From positions 1 to 63,678 of the forward strand of contig NIVC01000170.1 in NCBI GenBank assembly GCA_002269645.1: a stretch of DNA of 63,678 nt, given 5' to 3'. Position numbers and translations under genes: made by a program. This DNA is from Macrostomum lignano (Eukaryota). Each line of letters starts with the position of its first letter. Within the stretch, counting starts at the first letter, position 1. Under the pieces are notes generated by a model. The model made no database searches, was not told where the DNA came from, and worked only from the letters and a program-made list of their open reading frames with translations. This document shows positions 56,501 through 63,678 of the stretch, one piece after another.

Positions 56501-57244
56501 TAGATAAGAGAGGGGACTTAGCTGCAGGGCTGTCCCGGAGGGGACACAGCGGGAAGGCGCGGGCGCCCATTCCGCTAAATAAGAGAGGGGAAGTTTAGGC
56601 CAGAAAGTGATGAGGCAGATATTGAACGCCTAAATGTACGTGGAAGCACTGAAAAAGTACAATATTGTGCAAAAGGGCATCGCACATCTTAATAAAGTGA
56701 TATATGACTTTCTGAAGCCAGCCTGTGTGTAGCAATTGTTGAATTTTATTCCACGTCAACCCCTACAGCGAATATGCTGCCATAAAAAGTCCATAAACAA
56801 TGCATGAAAATTCTACACAGATCATGACAGCAAAATGCCTCACGGCGCCCTCACATTAGCACTTTAGAGACATTGATTTTTACAGAATTGCAATTTTTTT
56901 GTTGATTTTCGAATTTAATCAAATTAATTCGCGATAAGGGAGAGGAAAAGATCCAACAACAAGATTAGAGATATAAAAATGAATTTCGGAAAAATACCAG
57001 TCCAGACGCGTGGACTTAGAAATCCTTGAACTCCGGGGTTTAGGAAGCTCAGAAGCTGCGGCATTGGCTGGTTGCGGCCAAATGTTGTTGAATTCCCATT
57101 TTAAAACTGAGAGACTGAGCACTCGCCAGACTAAACTGCGTTCCCAATTTCACCGATTGAAGAGAAAAGTATTGGATTGGAATTGGTGAGACAAATTTTT
57201 TAATGTTTTTATGTAAGTGAACCATGAATTTGAAATTAGTACGG

Positions 57245-57605
57245 TTCTGGCGCCATTCGTATAATGATACTGGCGCCATTTAGACATTGGTTCTAGCGCC
57301 ATTTGGATACTGGTTCTGGTGTCATTTTGATCCGGGTTCTGGCGCCATTTAGGTCACAGTTCTTGCGCCATTTAGGTCACAGTTCTGGCGCCATTTTAGA
57401 TCACAGTTCTGGCGCCATTTAGGTCACAGTTCTGGCGCCATTAAGATGTGGGTTCTGGCGCCATTTAGATATGGGTTCTGGCGCCATTAAGATGATGTGG
57501 GTTCTGGCGCCATGTAGATATGGGTTCTGGCGCCATTTAGATATGGGTTCTGGCGCCAATAAGATGTGGGTTCTGGCGCCATTTAGATATAGTTTCTGGT
57601 GCCAT
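57245..57605. repeat. ~22-bp degenerate minisatellite (ggttctggcgccatttagatat)
   Basis: Direct reading. Confidence 0.85.
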
Positions 57606-57940
57606 TTGTTTGCTTATATTGGATTGCAATGTCCTAATCAAATAATGAATGAAAATGGACTCATGAAATGATGAAGTGATAAAACCTGGCTTTTCTTTAT
57701 ATAACGAATGCCAAAATGTAGTCGGGATGCGGGATACAGGACTAGAGTGAGTAGCTCGCTTTGAAATACTTAGCTAACTTACTCTGAGATCTTCATGACA
57801 GCTTCTCCCTGTGGGACTGAAGGACCAGCAGCTGCTCAGCGTGACCCAAATATTTTGGTGAAACTCGCTACCATGGGGCTGTCGGATTCAGTTGCGTTAC
57901 AGTTGACTTGAAGCTGGTCTGATTAGGATGCACTGGAACT

Positions 57941-59030
<1,090 letters not shown>

Positions 59031-60029
59031 ACAGATCAGCTAAGAAGCTGGGGGCACTAGGACATTAAGATGCTATGACAGACAGACAGAAAAGAGAAAA
59101 AATGCAGCTGTTGCTGGGCGGATGAAAAAAAACTGATACCGAGAGTTGCTAAACAGCCTCCTCCTTCTAGCGACTTTTTGGCAGCAGAGCCCCCGCATTA
59201 ATTTATTCCACAGTAAACTGGGATTCTATTTTCGACAGACGGGTCCCATTGATTTCGGGCAGTCAATTTGCCTCTCTGCCCCGCGAGGTTGCCGAACAAA
59301 AAAAACACAGCAAGCTGCCTTCAGTCCCCGCGGCTATCATTGCAGCTTCCCAATTTTGCAAGATCAACAAACCAACCGGACCAGGTGGCTCTGACTGACA
59401 ACTTCACTATTTTTTAATCGCCACTATTTTTTCCGTAGGGGGAATCGAGGGACAACTCGGCTTTGCCCAAGCAGGCTTAGCAAGAGTGGTTTATGGCATA
59501 ATTGTGTGGTATAATTCCGTTATATGGGGTTTGTGGTGGGTATACGAGTTGATGATAGTCCGCCTATCGGGGTCTCCCCCTTAGGGGGAGTTTTTGGCTA
59601 GTCATATATACTAAAAAAAGCAATGCTAATTCAATGCGTCACAGCAGACTACGGCATTATTAAACAGCGGAAACATTTTAGCGCTTAACGCTAACTCTGT
59701 ATTCAAGACTGTGTTGTTAAGCAAATATTGCATATATAAGTTAGTGACTTTGAGATGGAGACAGAGCGACCATGGAGACAGGGGTCCGCTTTTAATTATC
59801 TGCGCGGTGGCCAACTGGGGAGATTTTTCTGGGATTTTGCCCACCGTTGCTCGGTAAGTCTCCACCTCGGTGACTCTGGCTTCGATTCTGGAATTATTTC
59901 TGGTAGGCGTGTTTGGAATAATTATTAGGGCTCCAAGCCGAGAAGAACGAGCTCCGAGTGCCTCTGTGTGCGATTGTAAACAGAGCAGACTCAAGCAGGC
60001 ACAAAGAAGCGGGCTGAGCGTGTACTTTA

Positions 60030-60327
60030 CTGACCGACTGACTGACTGACTGACTGACTGACTGACTGACTTGAGTGAGTGGGTGACTGACTGACTGACT
60101 GACTGACTGACTGACTGACTGACTGACTGACTGACTGACTGACTGACTGACTTGAGTGAGTGGGTGACTGACTGACTTGAGTGAGTGGGTGACTGACTGA
60201 CTGACTGACTGACTGACTGACTGACTGACTGACTGACTGACTGACTGACTGACTGACTGACTGACTGACTGACTGACTGACTGACTGACTGACTGACTGA
60301 CTGACTGACTGACTGACTGACTGACTG
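60030..60327. repeat. (GACT)n microsatellite
   Basis: Direct reading. Confidence 0.95.
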
Positions 60328-60654
60328 CAACTTGATTAAAACTTAAATGAGTATTCAACTCTCTGGGCAGTTAATCACGTTTCTGCCATTTAATTTTTTC
60401 TCTTCATTTCTGCATCCCAGTTGTTTATTAAGCCTTCAGTCACGATTTAGCAGTGAAAGGAAAAGTCCGTGTTTAGGCAACAATCACGTTTTATTTCCAA
60501 CGGCGCCTGGAAAAAACAAAAATTCTCATCAATTTTAAACTGCAATAATTTGACAATCATAATCGCAATTAATTCTGCGATTCGTGACCGACCAATTGGA
60601 TTAACAGATAGAATTTCGCTTTTTACAATTTACTGAATTTTTATCACTCGACCG

Positions 60655-60772
60655 GCAAATGGGTCTTCAAGGATGTGACTGGGCCATCAAGGATGTGACT
60701 GGGTCATCAAGAATGTGACTGGGCCATCAAGGATGTGACTGGGCCATCAAGGATGTGACTGGGTCATCAAGG
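60655..60772. repeat. 20-bp minisatellite (ggatgtgactgggtcatcaa), left flank of the LINE; resumes at 62936-62995
   Basis: The same unit family occurs on both sides of the element. Confidence 0.9.
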
Positions 60773-62938
60773 ACTCCTGAAGTAAGATGATGCCCGGTTT
60801 TGCGAAGTTGGCCAACCTGAATCAAGTTGGTCGAAGCCGCGATGCAGCGGTGCAGGTTCAGCTGCAGGATGTCCACTCCCGGAATTTCACGGGTGGTCCG
60901 TGCAGCTTCCTGCTTGCTCAGGGCGAATTTTGCAGGAGAGCTGCCTCTTTCGCCTCGCCGATGGCTCCAGGCTCCAGTTCCATGGGCTCCTCCCGGATAG
61001 TTTCCATGGTCGAGGGCGGGGCTGCCACAGGGCGGCATTCGTACTCTCGGCCCAGTTTTCCGGGTGGGCCGCAGTGGTGATACTGTGCTGAGGGTTGCTG
61101 CGGTTTTTGAGCCTTTGGCGGTGTCCCAGCAGCTGCGGTTTCCGGCCCTTTCCACGTCCGCCTGTTGCTGCAGCTTTCGCGGCTTTCCCTCTGACAGGGT
61201 CCATGTCCTCGGAGGGGTCGTGACGACCGGGAGCTTCTTTTCCTGGGCGAACCCCGCTCGCCTGCTTACGCTTCTCCGGGGCGGTGGACGGGTGGCGTCA
61301 GACTCAAAGCTAAAGAACTGAATCTGCATCAGCCCGACAGAGATGAGGGACATGTCCGGATAGCGGAGCATCCAGCTATCTGACAGTCCGAGGATTGCCG
61401 TGAAACCGTCTCCGCCCAGCTTGGAGATGGTCTCGTGAACTACGACGCCATTTGCCGGCAGGTCCGGATTTGGTTGCCAGCAGCAGGCGGCGCAGCTCGT
61501 CGGCGTTGGTGATGGCGCTGCGAGCCGGAATCCAGCACGGTGCCGGTGTGTCCGGGGTCGCTCGTCCTCCCTGTATATAAATAGGTTTCCCAGTTCTGCA
61601 CCCGAGTCGAAGGCTTTCAGCGTCTCAAGGAGCTGCTGCCCAGACTGGCTGTCGGTGGGCTGGATGTGGAGGGCCTGGTCCTCGACATTCGTCTTCAGGA
61701 CTTGAATGACGGTGCCGCTCAAGGCAATCCTGACCAGGTGGGAGTCCAACCTGCGCCAGATTTGGTCGAGCCGTTTGACCGAGAGAGGCGTCTCCTGGCC
61801 TTGAATGATCAGGGCCGGCTGCCTCTTGGCCATAGCCGCATAGGTGCGCCTCGGCTTAGTGGTTTGGCCAGCACCCAACGTTTTGTATCCATCTGCAGCC
61901 GTGGGAGTTTCCACACGAGCAGAGGTCCCGCCGCGGGAGGGGCCAGCCGCACCAGAAGCTTTGGCGGCACCGACGCTTCCGGCCGACGCGCGGGGTCCGC
62001 CCCTTTGTCGGATGTCGGTCCCTCCGCGGCGGGATTCCCAGAGTTTCCGGCCCCTCCTCAGAGGCGGCAGATGAGGCGGCTATCGCACTCCTCCGTTCCT
62101 CCTCTTTGCGCTGGCGGAAAGCTTGGTAACGAGCGATGCTACGGGCCTTCCGCTTAGAGATCGGGGGCCCGCTGCCCTGTTTTCCAGCCACTTCGGTATT
62201 GTCCTGAGTGGCAGCAGGGTTGTTCGGCTGAGAGGCATCGGAAGTTCCGGTGCTGCAAATGTCCGGTTGAGCGGTACCAACCGGTTGCCGTTCCAGCAGC
62301 ATCAAGGGACGCGTTGGAAGTAGTAGAATACTCCATGAGTCGCTGAAAAGCAGGTTGGGATTAGAGGTAATTAGAGGTGCTGGGCCGTAACCCCAAACCC
62401 AACAGCCAGCCAAAAGAATAGCGACCAGGGGTGGCTTAAGCGCTTACTGGCCCGACCGCTGGCAACGAGAAACTCCTCGGCTAAGAGCCCGGCTTGGAGA
62501 GAACAGAGGCCGAACCAAAGGTCCATCAGCGCGGTACTACACTTGGCCCTTGAGAGAGACAAAAAAGGCTGTCTCTGGAGCCTGCGGACTGGCCGCATAC
62601 CCTGATAAGGTCAGAGGGTGATACCTGTTCCTCAGAGCCGTGGCTAGAGGTACCTGATATGCACAGGTTCACTTTCGGGCAGAGCCCGTACCCAAAGCGG
62701 CCAAGACAGAAGCCGAGGCCACGGATGGGTTGCCGCCGCTGGAGCCCAGTCAGTCCAGCAGCCCTAGAGCTGCCTTGAACACATGCAGGACGTGAACCCC
62801 TGGGTCAGCTTGTGAGTCAGCTTGGAGAGTTCCTGCACCAGAATAGAGGGGGTGCAGGTGTGTAGTATCGCAGACCTTATCTCGTAAGCCTAGTCTGTCT
62901 CATGCTACACAGGCGTGCCGAGCTCACCATTGCATGCG
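60771..62938 (-). mobile_element. Decayed non-LTR retrotransposon (APE-type LINE; R1/I-group-like): 5' UTR, frameshifted ORF1, first ~35 codons of the APE endonuclease; 3' part missing
   Basis: ORF1 from ATG 62336 with frameshifts, containing an (A)WIP...ELRRLLL..NPDL...GLMQIQF segment; then ILQLNLHRCIAASTNL and, in a shifted frame, KPGIILLQES (APE N-terminal QxN and LxQE motifs). Confidence 0.8.
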
Positions 62939-63678
62939 ACTGGGTCTTTACGGATGTGACTGGGTCCTGAAGGATGTTACTGGGTCTTCAAGGATGAGAT
63001 TTCTCAATTTCTCTGAAGGACGTTTCTGAATGGTGCAAAAAACTTTGTGAGTCTAATGATTCTACAAGCCACCAAAAGCGATTTCAAGCATGGTATAAGT
63101 TAACTGATTGAGGGTATTAATTCAACGCTTTCAATGATAGGATTTTGAGTTTCGAAATTTCGAGAATAATTTCTCAGATATGCCAAGTCAACTGCAGCTA
63201 AAGAGGTGATCATAGAATATATTAGATCAAGTTCAAGCCCAATGCCTTGAATAATGCAGATCTGAAAAGGGAAGAACTGGCAGATTAGGGAGTTTTCCCG
63301 AACAGGTTTCGGGCGGTAGGAAGACTGGCTAGCTGACTCGACCCCACCCTACCACTGCAGCGTCAGAAAAGGCATTCGACAGAAAGCCAGTTAAGGCAAA
63401 AATGAGGATTCTTTGTCAGGCAAGCACCAACCTCTCTCTGATTTCAGTCTCCGCTATCAATCTGTTTTTAACGTTTTTACGATAGCTGAAGAATAACCGG
63501 CGGTGTCCCTTCATCCGGGAATGTACTCTATTTTGGTGGGTTGCCACACGCTTCGCAATCTCCACACTTCATAATCCTCTCTGGCAGACGCCAATCGACA
63601 AACGAGTACTTTCTGTACTTGAGACAAAAACAAACTTGAAAACGAGCACTATGGGATGATATTGATCTTGATGTATGG

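Noticed and set aside
57780-57930. Possible minus-strand exon ending in a strong donor (CAGA|gtaagt)
   Set aside because: No phase-consistent partner exons or recognisable peptide; left unannotated.
63520-63620. KCGDCEAC CXXC-like peptide on the minus strand
   Set aside because: A stop follows within five codons and there is no second half of the motif.

Overview
This is eukaryotic (metazoan) genomic DNA, not prokaryotic. The codon style and the very heavy load of intronic mini/microsatellites suggest a repeat-rich invertebrate such as the flatworm Macrostomum (inference only). The window holds: (1) a complete 12-exon alpha-spectrin gene on the minus strand (32249->11114; 7284 nt CDS, 2427 aa by my hand-splicing, all GT-AG junctions phase-consistent), with a tandem array in every intron and a degenerate SH3 domain; (2) an intronless DEG/ENaC channel gene (+, 38064-39686); (3) a 10-exon LRRC74-like RI-type LRR + EF-hand gene (-, 48493->39917); (4) a possible two-exon 89-aa gene (-, 50850->49828); (5) Penelope-like remnants carrying two minimal type I hammerhead ribozymes; (6) a decayed APE-type LINE inside a minisatellite, with a second copy at the window start; (7) MITEs and about 40 tandem arrays. 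Top signals: a ~3 kb intronic array of ~130 sense-strand TCCTTCAG|GTGAGT units (acceptor fused to a consensus donor, resembling recursive-splice ratchet points); the tandem hammerhead pair; inverted related minisatellites flanking a symmetric spectrin exon; the crippled spectrin SH3; and a ~2 kb CpG-free block upstream of the spectrin ATG. Exon boundaries were read by hand; repeat boundaries are approximate.
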